Part shown: positions 1 through 13,800 of the stretch, piece after piece
Layout: each line of letters opens with the position of its first letter
Numbering within the stretch: the stretch's first letter is position 1
Assembly (NCBI GenBank): GCA_002633005.1
Contig: NMRA01000506.1
Location: 230,542 to 294,541 of the forward strand
Source: Phoronis australis
Lineage: Eukaryota > Animalia > Phoronida
Reading direction: 5' to 3'
Length of the DNA: 64,000 nt
Position numbers and translations under genes: made by a program
The notes under the pieces: generated by a model
The model's database searches: none
The model's input: the letters and a program-made list of their open reading frames with translations, nothing else
Told to the model about the DNA's origin: nothing

Positions 1-3000
1 GATATTTTAAAAGCAATTCCTAACAACGTTTTGAAGTACAGTGTATAAAACATAGCATCTGAAAGTTTGGTGTGAATCTGATAAGCCATATCTGAGACAT
101 GATGTTCCAAAATTGGCCTTACGCAAGTTTTTTTAGGAAGAGACAATTTCACCATTTTAAGTTGCGAAGTCACTGAAACAACATTTACATTACCTTTAAA
201 AATTTATTCATCTGCATTTTTATAAATCAATTCTTTCAAATGTATAACTCATTGGAGCAGTTGGCATTCTTAGAAACTAACTGAGCGAGTAATATTATGT
301 AACCTGGTAACATTGCATAACTTCATTGAAACTCATCACTGTAGGCTATACACTACTTTGGGCAACCCATGGTTCATTTCATCAAACTAATTTTCATAAA
401 TATCAGACCAGGTTGCCCTTGACTACACGTTTAAACTCTCAGGTTGTCACTTGACTTGTGAAAAATTGTTTCTCATTGGTTCATTGGTTCAGTCAGTACC
501 GTGGCTAGTGAAATTTGAGAAGATTCCACCGGCCTTAAGCAGAAACACCTCCCAATTTTGTAATTGAATCAATTTTTCACGGCAAAACGAATTACATATC
601 TGATTCATATGGATATATGTATGTAATAAAGTGCATCATCAACATGGACTTGTTCAGCAAAATGCATAACATTTGACCGAGCATCTCGTCATTTAAAATA
701 AGGTTCCCACAACTAGCCAGTATCGATATCAAACTATTCCGTCTTCGCTTTCAGTCACAACACTTAGGCTATGCGCGGAAAAAATGGTCTTTCCATTAAA
801 ATGTAATTAATCAAGCTCTCTTTTACTGCTGGATTTCATCACTTTCACACATAATCACAACCGTGTTCTCAGTTGCTGACAGTTTAGATACCCGAACGCA
901 ACTCGCTGAACAAGCAAAACAAGCAGTGAAGAGAATACGAACCCTGGCCTCACAAACGCCGTCTTCGTACCAATGTTCTACATTCGCTGACCTTACCTGC
1001 TACAGTCTCGACAGTGGTGTGACGTCACGGCGTGACCTCGTTAACTTGACCTTGCCAGTTCAAACAAGTGAGTACCGAGTTCTAGTTGGCAAGACGGGTC
1101 ACGCTCGGTTGAGCCGTCGTTGGCAAGTTCGTAAGACATTTTCGCAGTCTGAAACAAATGGTTAGAGGATAAAATGACAGCAGCGCGACGGTGTTATTCG
1201 GTTCGCTTTGTTATAAAAACCATTTGAACACTCTGCGTGGGAGTGCCACTGATTTGGCCGACTAAATCGTCGGACTTCGCAAACCGTCGGGCTAAAATCT
1301 TTAGACCTAGTACAAGCACCGTGACCGCGTTTAAAAAGCAAATTGTAAGAGGTCCCCAGGTACAGAAAGCTAACCCGCCTGTACTGATGTACTTGTGCCC
1401 CGACAGAGACGAGTGCATGCTGACTTTTTCGATACACCAGCGGCCTCTAAAGATGTATTAATTCCCTCAAAATTCCTTTTGATTTATTTACCAATACACT
1501 GACGGCTTCGAAAGTCCTATGTGAAGGTTCACGTCCCCGACATATAGGGCCGTCCCCAGCCTAGTTAATTAAATCGCCCTGTATGCCCCAGGCAACAGGG
1601 GCGATAGTGTACATCCCCACAAAACGTTACTCATTTCAAAATACTGGAAATAAAATCAAATAAACATGCATATATGCACATGGAGTTATAAACAACTCGT
1701 ACCAGTACTGAGAGACGATTCAGTCGAAATAATTTGAGCAAATCGATGAAAATCTATCGCGGTTTGCCATTTTAAGGAAGTTACCCGTGAAATCACGCAT
1801 GTTGACGAATAAAAAGTCCAAGGGACATAAATCTTACAAATTTTACCCGATACCTTCTCATGCAGCTCAGTGCAAGTGTTACGTGCTAGCGTCACGCGCT
1901 CATCGGCTCAGTCTCGCGCTAGCCTTTGCCTAACTCAGTTGACATACTTTGAGGTTATAGCGCGCGTGGCGAAAAAGTTAACGGCAACCAAAAAAGTGGA
2001 GTTGGAATTCTTCAAAGTCACCATAATTCTCACAACTAAACTTCATCGAAGATATATGTATAGAAGTAGAAAGGACCAATGAAGAAAGTAAGCGCTTTTT
2101 TAAGTGACAATTTTAAGCCTATAGTGGAGTTGACGAGATGACCGGTGGCCGGATTTGGCCTACCGCCCGTTTTTAAAAATACATGGAAGAAATGCGTACA
2201 GAAAGCGATGAGAAGTATTGTAGCCTCTAACTGGCCAACCGAGGGGCTACGTGTTGCCTATCCCCAGCCGGGATGAATTCGGAAGTGTGTTCATTAATTA
2301 TTTTTATGTTTAAAAATTTCGTTACTGGCAAATGACGAATAGGTACTAAGATTTTGGGTCCATCCATGACCCGAGTTTTTGACCTGATCTGCCATTCAAC
2401 GTATCTAGGCGGCACCGCGGTCCTACTACTGTTTTCGGATTTTTTAACTACTTGTTGAAGTGATTCATGTAACTCACCTGATATTTGAAATCAATGCATT
2501 ACACATATATTATGCACTTGATATGAGTCAACTTAGTTATGACTTATGAGGGGATTTATGGGGGGAGGTCTGCCCTACCACCTGCGGGCATGACCGAAAA
2601 AAGAAAAAAAGTTTCCGTCAACGTGCCTCTTTTAGAGGCTATGCGGACATTTCCCTTGGAAAAATAGTAGTTTCCCTCTTACGGTATCGTAGATCCGCCA
2701 CTCCTAGAGATCTCTCGATTTTTTTTATTGGACTAAGAAAGAACATCTGAAGTCAAGTGCAGCTTTGAGAAAGGCAATGCAATCTTTTGTCCACACAGTT
2801 ACAGACGGTTCTTGTTGTTCTTAATATTTGCTACAAGGCAATAAACCAACAGAATTAAAAAAAAAAACGGAGGACGATAACACTACTGAATGCCAGTTAT
2901 CAAATTTTGTCTTATTCACGAAAATCAACCACGAACCTTGCTGGCAGACATGATGGTGAAAATGCAAAATGTTTTACGATCCTTCTTCAACTTTGGTGAA

Positions 3001-3438
3001 GACAGTGGGTAAAAATCCTGAATTCTAGTTCTTACGTGAGAGCAGAATATTTTCTGCATATTTTCTTCCCAGCTGGGAGTAGGCAAGGGAACCCACGATC
3101 ACATTAACTGTTTTTGATTCGCGCACGAATAACTGGACTTGTTCAGAAAAATGGGATTATTAAAGTACTTAATATTGGTAACTTGGAATCAAAGATTATT
3201 CAATATGCTGACGACTCAGCTCATTTCCTTGGCGGTTCAGAGAAGTTTCTGGAAAAGGTTTAGATCTTTCAGATCACTATTCTAAATACTTCGGTTCAAA
3301 ACTTAATTTAGATAAAACTGAGTGAATCTGAATCGGCGGCATCAACTCTAAGAAAAAAATTATATTGTCATAGTGGGATATAAAGTGGGCAACAGTCCAT
3401 TTACTGTACTTGGAATAACATTTTCTGCAGATTTGCTT

Positions 3439-3562
3439 GATATTGTACAAATTAACATTGCAGTTAGATGATATTGTACAAATTAACATTGCAGTTAGAT
3501 GATATTGTACAAATTAACATTACAGTTAGATGATATTGTACAAATTAACATTGCAGTTAGAT
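3439..3562. repeat. Minisatellite, 31-bp unit x4
   Basis: gatattgtacaaattaacattgcagttagat repeated four times with one substitution. Confidence 0.9.
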
Positions 3563-3619
3563 GCTCATTAATGTGTGGTCCAAGAGAAATTCTACAATCC
3601 TAGGCAATATTACAGTTAT

Positions 3620-3861
3620 CACCGTAAAGTGTCCTAAAATCGAATAAAAATAATCGCCAAAAGAGTCATTTTCCATTTTCAGTACCACATTGCATTGTTA
3701 ACAATTCTCAAAGTTTCATCATGCGTTTGTTGGTGACAGATGTACGATATAAATTAGGCAAATAATCGAGTAAACATTTCTTCTTATTTATGTCTATTGA
3801 AAATATTTACATGAAATAAAATTTCAGTTTTTGTGTTCCAAATTTAGGAAACTTTACCGTG
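3620..3861. mobile_element. MITE nested in the LINE fragment
   Basis: Left end caccgtaaagtgtcctaaa; right end reverse-complemented cacggtaaagtttcctaaa. It splits the LINE peptide GNITV|SILLP. Confidence 0.7.
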
Positions 3862-6419
3862 AATCAATTTTACTTCCCAATATTAGTTCATCTTTTTATC
3901 ACCCTTCCAATTTTTTTCGAGGAATAAACATTGCTTTTCTATAAATTCATTTGGTGGGGGAATGATAGAATAGCACGCAAAACTTTAATGGTGGGTGTGA
4001 CTATAGAATGAAACATATGAATTCGTACACCAGTGCCATGAAATTATGAAACTGACACAGATCCTAACTGGGTAATCAACTGCAATGATCACGGTTCCTG
4101 TTCATAAACTCCCAGGTTTGGTGCATTAGCGTATTAGTTTTCTAAAATCAAAAATGAGTGAACTGTGGAAGGGAGTTTTCATTGATTTTTAAGATTTCTT
4201 GACAGAAGTCTTCTCAGATTGCTATTCACCTCTGAATTAACCGCTGTTATACATTATCAAAATTGATATTAAGCCAATATGTATGAAACAACGGAAAGGT
4301 GTAACATATGTCATTTCGCTCTATGATCACAACATTTCTAGGGGTTCATTTAGGGCCATTAAATCAGAACTTAAAGTTGTACCTAAGCCTGATAGTGGCA
4401 TAATAATGCTATATTCTCCCTATGAAAATTGTGACCTCAAATAAAAAGGAAGTCGCTGTACGGTACACTCCTTGGTAAGACTATGCTTTTAGATTAAAAA
4501 ACAACATTAGGGCAAGCAGCAGAACTACCAATTGTGAGTTTAATCATATATACGAACAACTTTTTTCGGAATACAAGGCCATCGACTGAAATCTATAAGA
4601 AATCACTGCAGTTTAAAAAACATATATTTGTGGACTGGTTTGTTGATAGATGGGCAAAAGTGTATTTTGCTTTGGTTTTTAAACTGCTCATCTCACCTTA
4701 AGAACAATACAAGAAGTGATACAGTTACTGCCTGCAAATCGAAAACATTATATGCAGGCAAATTAACAAAGTATAATAACAATAAATACGAAGAGGATTA
4801 TTAATGGCAGATATCAAAAGACAATTTCTAAGTTCTAACAATGTACTACGTAGGATATTGCATGATCTAATTACAAATACAAAAATACACAGGCGAATAA
4901 ACACACAAAGACACAAAAACACGGAAAGGTTGTATCAATGAGACTTAAGATTTAAGTTTACTATTGTAAATGAAAGTGGACACTATATCTACCAGATCTA
5001 ACTTAAGTGGTTGTTAACCATAAAGAAAAGCGAAGCACGTTTTTAATTATAGGTGGTAAATGTAAGTGACATCAATTTTTGAAGAGATTGACAGGATCTA
5101 TTTGGTGATGGGACCTTTAAGAAAAAAGTTATTAACACTATTCAAGGACCCAATACACAAAAATTTATACCTCTTGAAAATTATGTCGAAATTTTTGAGA
5201 ATTAAAGAAAAGACCAGCACGTAGTTGATTAAGAATTATTTCTTTGTGTCTTGTAATAGTTGTTATAAAAGCAGTCGGTGTGGATGAAACTCATGAGACT
5301 GACATCTTTTGACAGCAAGTTTCAGCGATTGCCAAACGTTGTGCAATTTTTAGACGACAAGGAATAACGTTCCGCAGCTGGATGCACTGAATAAGAGGAG
5401 GTTTACGAAATAAATTAGAAAAATTATGAGGTATTACAAACTCAAGCATGATGTGCTAAAATGGGTGCTTCTGATATTGTTAAAAAGTAGTAAATTGTAA
5501 TGATTATTAATATTGTGAAAACTCCTATAAATAATGACGTGTTGTTTTCTAAGGTCTGAGAGTCGAAAGTTTTTGCTTCAGTTACAGTAACGTATGCCTT
5601 ACTGGAAACCCTTATGGAACCAGACACGCACAATGCTGCCCAATACACTTTGATTACACATCCAGTACTGCGACATGACAAAACAGGTGAAAGTGGATCA
5701 TGATGAATAGAGGCCGGCGGATACGTATGGTCTCATTTACTACGTAAGCCAACACTGGGGCGCATTATGTCGCCAGCCGACTAGAGCGACGTCTTGCGTG
5801 AAAATGGCATTGGCTGAATTACTTTGTTGCACCTTTGCAGCATTTGTTTGTATGTGTTTCTTGACTTTGCGACAATGCGGGGAGTGGCAAAGATGCACTG
5901 AAAGCCTGGAACAAGTCCGCTGCCAACAAAATGACGCACAAGATGGAAGTACTCTAATAAAGCAAGCACTCGCAGATACTCCAATAATTCAACTGTTGAC
6001 AGAAGCAGATAGTCCCAGTACAAACCTCTGGACAGACTCGGCAGTGATCGGCTCAGGTTCCTGATGTGACGTGTTCCGAAGATAGCCGAAGTTGAAAATT
6101 TTCTGTTCTCAAAATTTTGTGGGGAAGTGGGAGCGAGTTTTAAACGAATAATAGAAAAATATAGGGTATGAAATAAAAAGAAATGTGATTTATAAGCAAA
6201 CTTTATTACTAGTCAACACATGTGTATACATATTAAATACAACTAAATAGCTGTGAACCAATCTCTTTAAGACACTGCGACAGACGACGAAGCCACCAAA
6301 GACCCTTAGACGGCGAGGAAGTTTTCAGGAGAAAAAAAATGTATATATGAGGATCATACAGTTTTAGAAATTGGCCACCGAACCTATGTTCAGCCATATT
6401 CAGCAATATTCTCCGACAC

Positions 6420-6671
6420 AACCGAACGAGCCCCCCAATTATTGGACGAATTGGGCAAAAAGGTCCGCCTCAGAGAAAAAAAAGTCCGGGTAAACGAAAC
6501 AAGAGTCCACAAAATCCCACGGGAAGCTGGCGCGGATGCACAATTCGTGGGCCTGAACCAAGTGGCACGGTTTTTTCATTAGTCCTCGTTGATTTCATTC
6601 ACTAAAAGGTCCGCACACCGAAAAATTCGAAAATTCGAGCCTCCCTATACTTTAGGTTGGTTGCGCGCATG
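6420..6671 (+). repeat. GC-rich dispersed MITE-like repeat with CATGCGCGCA-type termini; other copies at ~7690-7780 (-) and ~17852-18110 (+)
   Basis: Shared blocks gagcccccc..tggcgaa(g/t)tgggcaaaaaggtccgcct(c/t)agag..aaaagtcc and aaaaggtcc..ttcgagcc in the copies. Confidence 0.7.
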
Positions 6672-7249
6672 CAAACAATAACCGAAGAGCAGAGACCGTT
6701 AAGCAAAACCTGAAGTTTGCCCCGAGATAAAGTTGGCAAACGACATGTATTACGAAAAATCTTGGCAAATCCAGTACAAACTTATATGCTGGTACCAGAA
6801 AGCTAGAAAATATGGTTACGATCTTCATTAACGCACTTCAAGATATTCCAGTCTTGTTCGTCATATCCGCGACAGGCCCACAAATGTTCGACTCGCTGTG
6901 TCGGCTGTCACATTGCAGAACCATTTTTTTAATTAAGCCGATATTGTTCTTTCATTAAGGAGGGTAGCAAGTGGCGACGTCTCGTTTCAACAACCAACAC
7001 AAAGTAAGTGTTGTTTATGCCAAATGTTCAGTGATTTACACAGTACACCAATGTGGAAAGACTTTGCCAGCCGATTCCGCGCATCTGCTGTGGGAGCGAG
7101 TATTGGCAACAATGGCCATTGGTGGCACAGATGCCCGGGACGAGATGTTGCTTGGAAACCATCATCTGCAGCACCATCTTGGCCACTCAAAAATCTCTAG
7201 ATTTGTTTATGTATTGCGACCACATTGAAGAACCTTTTTAGCGATAAAA

Positions 7250-10200
7250 AGAGAATTCGTTCAAGACTTTTGAGATTTAAATCATGGTTCCTTATTCTTT
7301 GAGCGACTTCTTCTTACCCGAAAAATTATTAAACGGCAAAATGGTGTCTGTCATGACTCAAAATTTCATGTTAAACTGATTGGACGTGAACTAAAACAAT
7401 TCAAAAGCGAATGGGGGATCGTATATAGTTAAGTAGTTTCAATTCACAAATTTTGTGGGGAAATCTTAACCACGTGAAACTAGGTCGCAAGCTCGTCAGA
7501 GACCGGTAGATAGGCGTATCCTTTGTTCACTTTGTTCTTCTTTCTTATAACAAAGATAATGGTACAATATCCGTGCGACCTGGATTGTTATATCCAACAA
7601 AGACGCTAAAACGGAAAACAATTGTAGTGCCCGTCGCATAAATCTCGCAAGTTAAACAATAGCTTGTGATTACGATACGACGTCATAAGTCAGTTTTTGT
7701 TTCTCTGAGGAGGACCTTTTGGCCACTTCGCCAAATAGGGGACTCGTTCGAGCACCCCCCCNCCATGCGTGCGCGCATGATCTGCGATGAGATTAGGCTA
7801 CAATGACTTGCCCAGATTTTTTGGGATTCAGGTGGATTGTTGCAACCACCGTGCTGTCTAGAAAAAATAAAAACCTTTAATCATGCAGACTTTCATCGAT
7901 TTGTCGGGAAATGCTAGTATTCCCATGGAACTTGCGTATGGGTCACTGTGTACGTGCGTTGAAGTTTAACTGCGAGTGTCCTTGGTACTTAGACACCGAC
8001 CTTCCTTTCGACAACGTATACCGTAGGCCTACACAGAATAGTCAAGATTTTGAACAGTCCTAGTTCCGTGTGGATGGAAAATGGATGTGTCCTCAGCTGA
8101 TTAATGACTAACAGAAACTACGACGGAATGAAACAAGTACTTCGAAATATCGTGTGTTTTAATCATGTCTCATGGTCAATTGCTTCACCAATGTTCTGTT
8201 GAGAGTCGAACATTGTTCCGACGATACGAACTGAACGGAATCATGTTAACGACAGGTGTCGTGTATTCAACCAATTTTGCATATCGGAAAGCGTGCTCCC
8301 GAAGTATAGTCAGAAAAGCAAAGTTAATTAATCCTGAACCTTGCGTTTAACTTGATATACAGACTTACGTCACCCCTTTTTTGTAATTATTTATGTCTCA
8401 CTGAAAATAAGAATAAGCACATCAAAGAAAAATCTATATCGAGCACAAGCAAACACACAAAACATTTACATGCACGCAAAAACAAACACACAAACATCAT
8501 CTAACTTATAAAATCATGTTTTTGCAGGTAAGAAATAAGGATTTCCTAAAACAGTTTGAAGGGGTTGGATATTTCTTTGAAAATAGTAGTTGTGCAGATA
8601 GTACTTAGATTTTGTAAACCACGGATCATTTACTCTCTAAAAATGTTAAAAAATACTTAATGTTCAATTAGTAGCCCCAAAATTACATCAAAAATGTGCC
8701 ACCCCGGCCATGATAACATTTTATCTAAGTCTTAGATTAAATCTTGTTGAGATGCTAAGCAGACTAAGACTTTAAATCTCCTACTACAAAAATTTTCAAG
8801 AAGTCACATCCACAAACATGTGATTAAATGTTTCATACAGCAACACAAAAGTCACGTGTGTCCTCACGAACTAATCTTATCTATTTCAAAAGGCTTTTTG
8901 TACAAAACTTTCTGCTTCTTTGGCAAGGTACATTCGCCCTCTAGTGTTGTGCTTGTGATTGAATTCCAAAAATAGCACATAATGCTAGCTAGTCCGCAGT
9001 CGCACGTTAAGTTATTACCGTGAAAATAGTGATCAGGTAGGAAGTATTTTGGGACCGCTGTGAATCGATTGAAAGCAAGATTCAACTCGTGAAGATAGGT
9101 ACTTGTCTTTGTCATTGTGCTGGTACGCCGGATCACATCCAGAGGCGGATCTACGGGGGTATTTAGGGGGTTCAAACCCCCTCGCGACAGGATCAAAAAT
9201 AAAAATTTAGTGCTTGTGTCACAGAATGCATGGTATTTCAACTGAAGTTCGAGCCCCTGATACGTGATGTTGAGATGAAGCAGTAGGCCTACTCACGCCG
9301 ACGCACCAGCCACTCCGCATCTCATTTGCAATAGACACGTACGGTCTCTGTGAAAGTTTTAAACAACAGGTAGCGCTGTTAAACGACAATGGTGGACATG
9401 ATCGCAGTGACGTGATGAACTTCTAAATCTCTCCATAGATACACGTTATCTGTACTCTATCCTGTAAGTATGTTCAAAGACCTGTTCCTCTAACTATTTT
9501 ATAACGTACGATTTTTATTTAGGAAATAGCATACACTAGGAAAGGAGAAGGGATTAGTAAATTGTCGGTCAGTTACGACGAGTTGGCCAATCGTGGATTT
9601 CAAACCAGTTTCACTCTCGTCAGCCGTTCACCGTTAGGCGTTATGTAGACCCACTATATTATAAGAACATGGTAATTACGCATGTTCTGACATTGGAACT
9701 TAAAACCATCAGATATTGTGTATTGGCCTGAAATCGCTTGTTACCGGCCAAACAAAGGTTTGTGGTTTTCTCAGAATTACCTCCGACCCGAAAATGAGCC
9801 AAGATTACTTTTTCGGGTCAGTCTATCACGATCAAAACGCGATATGTGTCGTCTGTGAAGAATTACAATTATAGCCACATAGTTATCTTAAAGGTAATTA
9901 AATTAATAAACATGCGTTCCCGTCAAAAAAACTAATTTTTGATTTAGACCGTTTGCTATAAAATTGGTCTCGATTGGTTCCTTACTAGGCTACTGATGCT
10001 TATTTCCATTCAACTTTTAAATTTACTCTTCATAAGAGTTTAAGGGTCTGTAACCCTCTTCATAAGAGTTTAAGGGTCTGTAGCCCTCATTCACTTCATA
10101 TTGGATGGCCTTCCTACAAGTCTCATTACATGTTGCGGTTCTCAAGATCATAGCTCCGGTCTTATGACCGTAGATTGCTTTGATTGACTACTCACTGACC

Positions 10201-10545
10201 TTCCGTTGGAGGCCAATCAAAGCAATCTATGGTCGTAAATAAGATTTCAAGAACCGCAACACACAGTGATGCAACTGAACGAGACTTGTCGGAAGGCGAT
10301 CCAAAAGAGTGAATGAGGGTTACAGACCCATTCTCTCGTATGAAGAGTAAATTAAAAGGTGAGTGGAAATAATCACCGGTGCACAATACCAGGGTCTCAA
10401 CTGCCATAGTAGGGATGGTGATCATCCCATAGGCACTTGATACCCTGGAACTTTTTCGGTAAATTATGGCTCACACTGATCAAACCATCATAGTCATGTT
10501 GCTATACGTACCTTTTGCATATAGAGGGACACTTTAGGAGGCTGT
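7250..10545 (-). pseudogene. Decayed leucine-rich-repeat receptor gene, probably an LRR-containing GPCR (LGR-like)
   Basis: Minus-strand remnants in collinear order: LRR-NT KCPSICK..DYDGLISVSHNLPKK (~10535-10450); LRR LHELNLAFNRFTAVP and LRR-CT GNNLTCDCGL (9100-8990); RGLQNL..YLHN (~8620); 7TM-like NFAF/SD (~8320), W.S (~8195), SIFHP (~8080), SVFVG.N (~7600), TIPHS..PI (~7420). All broken by stops and frameshifts. Confidence 0.5.
10013..10362. mobile_element. Foldback (palindromic) element of ~350 bp
   Basis: Left arm 10013-10187 matches the reverse complement of 10213-10362 (aatttactcttcata, gggtctgtaaccctc, acaagtctc, tgttgcggttct, tagattgctttgattg). The left arm has a 30-bp tandem duplication. 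Confidence 0.8.
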
Positions 10546-10815
10546 TGATGTCTTTCACTCTTCCCAGCACGAACAAATACTCCGGCAATCAAACTATTTC
10601 GAACAGTCCATCGTTCACTTCTTTCCTAGCCCAGAAATCACATCTTTTTTGACAAAGGAACACTTTGAGACCAAGTTCATCATTGTCAATGGTCTAAATC
10701 AGAAGTTGTTTTTTTTGTGACGGAAGGTGAGTTTATAGCCACTTTATATTATGCAATGGCACCGTAATTCTTTGATGAAAGTGGAATTTCTACCTGCAGT
10801 GCACAAACGGGCAGA

Positions 10816-13800
10816 ATGCGTCCTGACGAACACAAGAGAAAGAGGAGTCAACAATACAAGAAAAAACATGCGATCGAAGAGCAAACAAAATCTAAGGACA
10901 AGAACAAACAAAACAGCAAGCCTAGCAAGAATGATGTTGGCCAAAAACATAAGCCAATAACAACTTCATTAGTTGAAGGCAATAAAGCTGGGGACAATGC
11001 TGAGGTAGTATTTGGACAAGGTTGTTACTCTCTTGTCACTTAAAGATTTATAGGACACTGGGAAAATGTCCAAATTTGGCTAACTTCGGAACATCATATC
11101 TGAGAAATGGGTGATCGAATTCATGTGAAACTTTCATACACTATGCTATTTTATAAAAAATCATTAAAAGTTTTTTAATGTTCCACTGTTGCATGAGGGG
11201 ATATCATATGAAAGGACTTTTATGTTTTTCGTGAAAAAGTCAGAAGTTGCATAAAATGAAAACGAATTGATCAGTTAGAAAACTGTAGCAGCGCTTTTGA
11301 GATTTCATCGTGAACTTGATTTACATTTTATGAAATTTAGTCATGTTATTGATACCGATATTTTGTTATCATTGTACCTTCCATTTTGCTAAATTAACGA
11401 GTGTTAAAAAGTCAAAAATCAAATTCTATGGGCTTTCCACTTTAAGAAAATATGTATTTCTACTCGTTAAAGTCAATAGTTTTTGTATATTTGGCTAATT
11501 AAACAGACTTGTTGATAGAGTCCTACACAACTTTAACAAGTCTAGGCGTACATGTGTGGATGCAATATTGCCGTTGTCTCTCTTTGGGCATTCGCTGTCT
11601 GTCTAGTTTTATAATTGATGATTTCAGCTTTTTGATTGATTTTGCTTTTAAAAATGTAACAACAGATTTAGCTTTAACTTTTCAATTTGAAGTTGGTTTA
11701 ATCAACTTTGTCAGAATTTTGATAATTTTAGTGACCAAATTTGGCGCAAATGTTTCATTTGGTTAGGTTTTGTCATCAATAAACTGTTCATGCGTTATGA
11801 ATTTTTATGCTCTCCCTATGGTAATTTGATTATAAAGTACCTCTAATTGTTTTATTTACCGATTTATATTCTCTAATTATAAACATTTTAAAAAATATAC
11901 AATTTTTATTGTTTTTGTAAGCAAAACTGCAGTGGCAATTGCATGAAGTCAGATCCAACCAGACCGAGAAATTGAAATAAAGCGTAAAAACACTTAACCA
12001 AAAAGCTGGGGGTACAAACTAGAAAAACCACTACTTTGTTTAAGTTAAGAAAAAACTGACTGATGCATGTTTTACTTAAGGCCAAAAAAGCATCTTTAGT
12101 TCTTGTTTGTACCTAACTAATTTTGAAGCCTGTGTTCACTACTTGAAGAATAAAATAGTTTCTTTTGAAAAGCTCTACAAAGACTCGCCAATAAAGTTTT
12201 AAGCACTGTTGCTTGTCCAGTGAGGCAGAAGTATCTATAAATGATGCACTGTCTCGCAGGCGCGAATTCTAAGCAAAGCTAGAATTGTCATAAGCATGTA
12301 ATTTATTGCGAAGACAAGGCTGCCAGTTTAGAAGAGTGAAAACATTGCCACTTATGTAGAGTTGATAGTTTTTCGTTTAAATACTCAACATCGTCAATGA
12401 GTCAAGTTAATGAACTTTTGTGTAAAATAAAGCTTAAGTTATCACTGTCTTAGCCTAGACTATGTTTACAACCTGGCCCCCAGTAGAATAGTATAAATTT
12501 TGTGTTTGTCATCCTCAACTCTGATGAGCCTGTGTGAGAAGGTGCTGGACATATCACTGAATGATAACTTTATTTTTACCATTTTAGGTAACTAACCATC
12601 AGCTTGTATACAGACGGCGTAAAATAGAAAGTAACTGGCAACGTTACGAAGATGACAGTGAAGATGTGGAGAGTACAGCGACTTCTAGAGGGGAGAGTTT
12701 TCAGAAGCTGCTGAGCTCAACAGGTGTGTTTATGTTCATTTATACCTAAAAGAAACTTCTTGCAAACTAGCACTTTATATATAATGTATGGCGTCATTGT
12801 ACCATGTTAATCCCTATTCCTGTTTGAAAACATTGAAAATTGTGATACATTATTAGGCATGTCCATGACCTACTTACTTTGTGAGGCAGATCAAGAAAAA
12901 TTTGGCATTTTTCAAGCCTCGAAAGTGTTATGATATACCGTCAGAGGTCCTAAAGTCGTGAGTGCCCTAAAGTCGTGAACGATTTCATTTCCTCTTCTGC
13001 GCGGTCCCGCGATATCTGGCGTTGAGGTTTCTAGCGTTCATCTGCTTACGAACGTCAAACGAATACCCGGACATGTTGGTATTCACAATATGATAACAAA
13101 CAGTGAGTGAGTGGCTTCTTTTTTCAAATGTATCTTAAAAACAGCATATTTTACTATTCCACTTTTTTGTGCATTTTTGGGATATATTTTTTTCGAAAAT
13201 ATTCATCGTTCAGATTTACTCAAACACGCGCTGCAGGGGTAGCTTGAACAATGTATCAAAATGTCCCAGGGTCGATCAAATTTTGTAAGGCCAAAGCAAT
13301 AAAATACAGAGATATACTTGATGCTGGGTTCTTAGCGTTTTACGTGAACAACTTCATTGAGAACGTCTGTACACATCAAAGTTGGGTGCAAAACATATAA
13401 CAATTTATTTCAATTGAAACTGAATTAATAAACAATGCAGTCCATTTTTATGTCGTCTAGAGTAACTGTAAGCACATGTAGTTGACTTGTGTGGTCTTAC
13501 TTCTTGTATTCCCGTCTAAACGAAACGGTCACGACTTTAGGGCCTCATTCAAAATGGCCGGCGATATCAGCGACCGTTTCAAAACTCTGCTTACGGAGAC
13601 AACCAAGGATTAAGATTGTCAAAACGCGTATATTTGTGAAGGCATATATATGTCCATGACATCACATGAGCAGTTGCTAAGGGACATTGGGTAGTATGAC
13701 AGTCAGCTGCTTATTATGCTTATATTCACGACTTTAAGTCACCGGTGTATACGAAGGGTGTGAATGACCAATCCATTTTATAGTGCAGAGTAAGAGAAAT

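Larger units (their letters stand above)
2780..5250 (+). mobile_element. Decayed L1/Tx1-like LINE reverse-transcriptase fragment, interrupted by a minisatellite and a MITE
   Basis: RT-like motifs occur in the expected order across broken frames: QYADDS (caatatgctgacgactca, 3201), FGSKLNLDKTE (~3290), YLGI (~3408), GNITV..SILLP..LVHLFITLP (3603-3910), KFIW..DRIARKTL (~3942-3990). Many stops and frameshifts; boundaries approximate. Confidence 0.65.

Noticed and set aside
5700-6064. Possible solo LTR plus PBS (aataaag..tgttgacagaag) or the 88-aa ORF 5798-6064
   Set aside because: No second LTR, clear termini, TSD or recognisable protein motif.
7560-7680. Plus-strand resemblance to a restriction-like endonuclease of non-LTR elements (RPD..ENN..ARR)
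   Set aside because: Needs frameshifts and is better explained by the minus-strand 7TM remnants.
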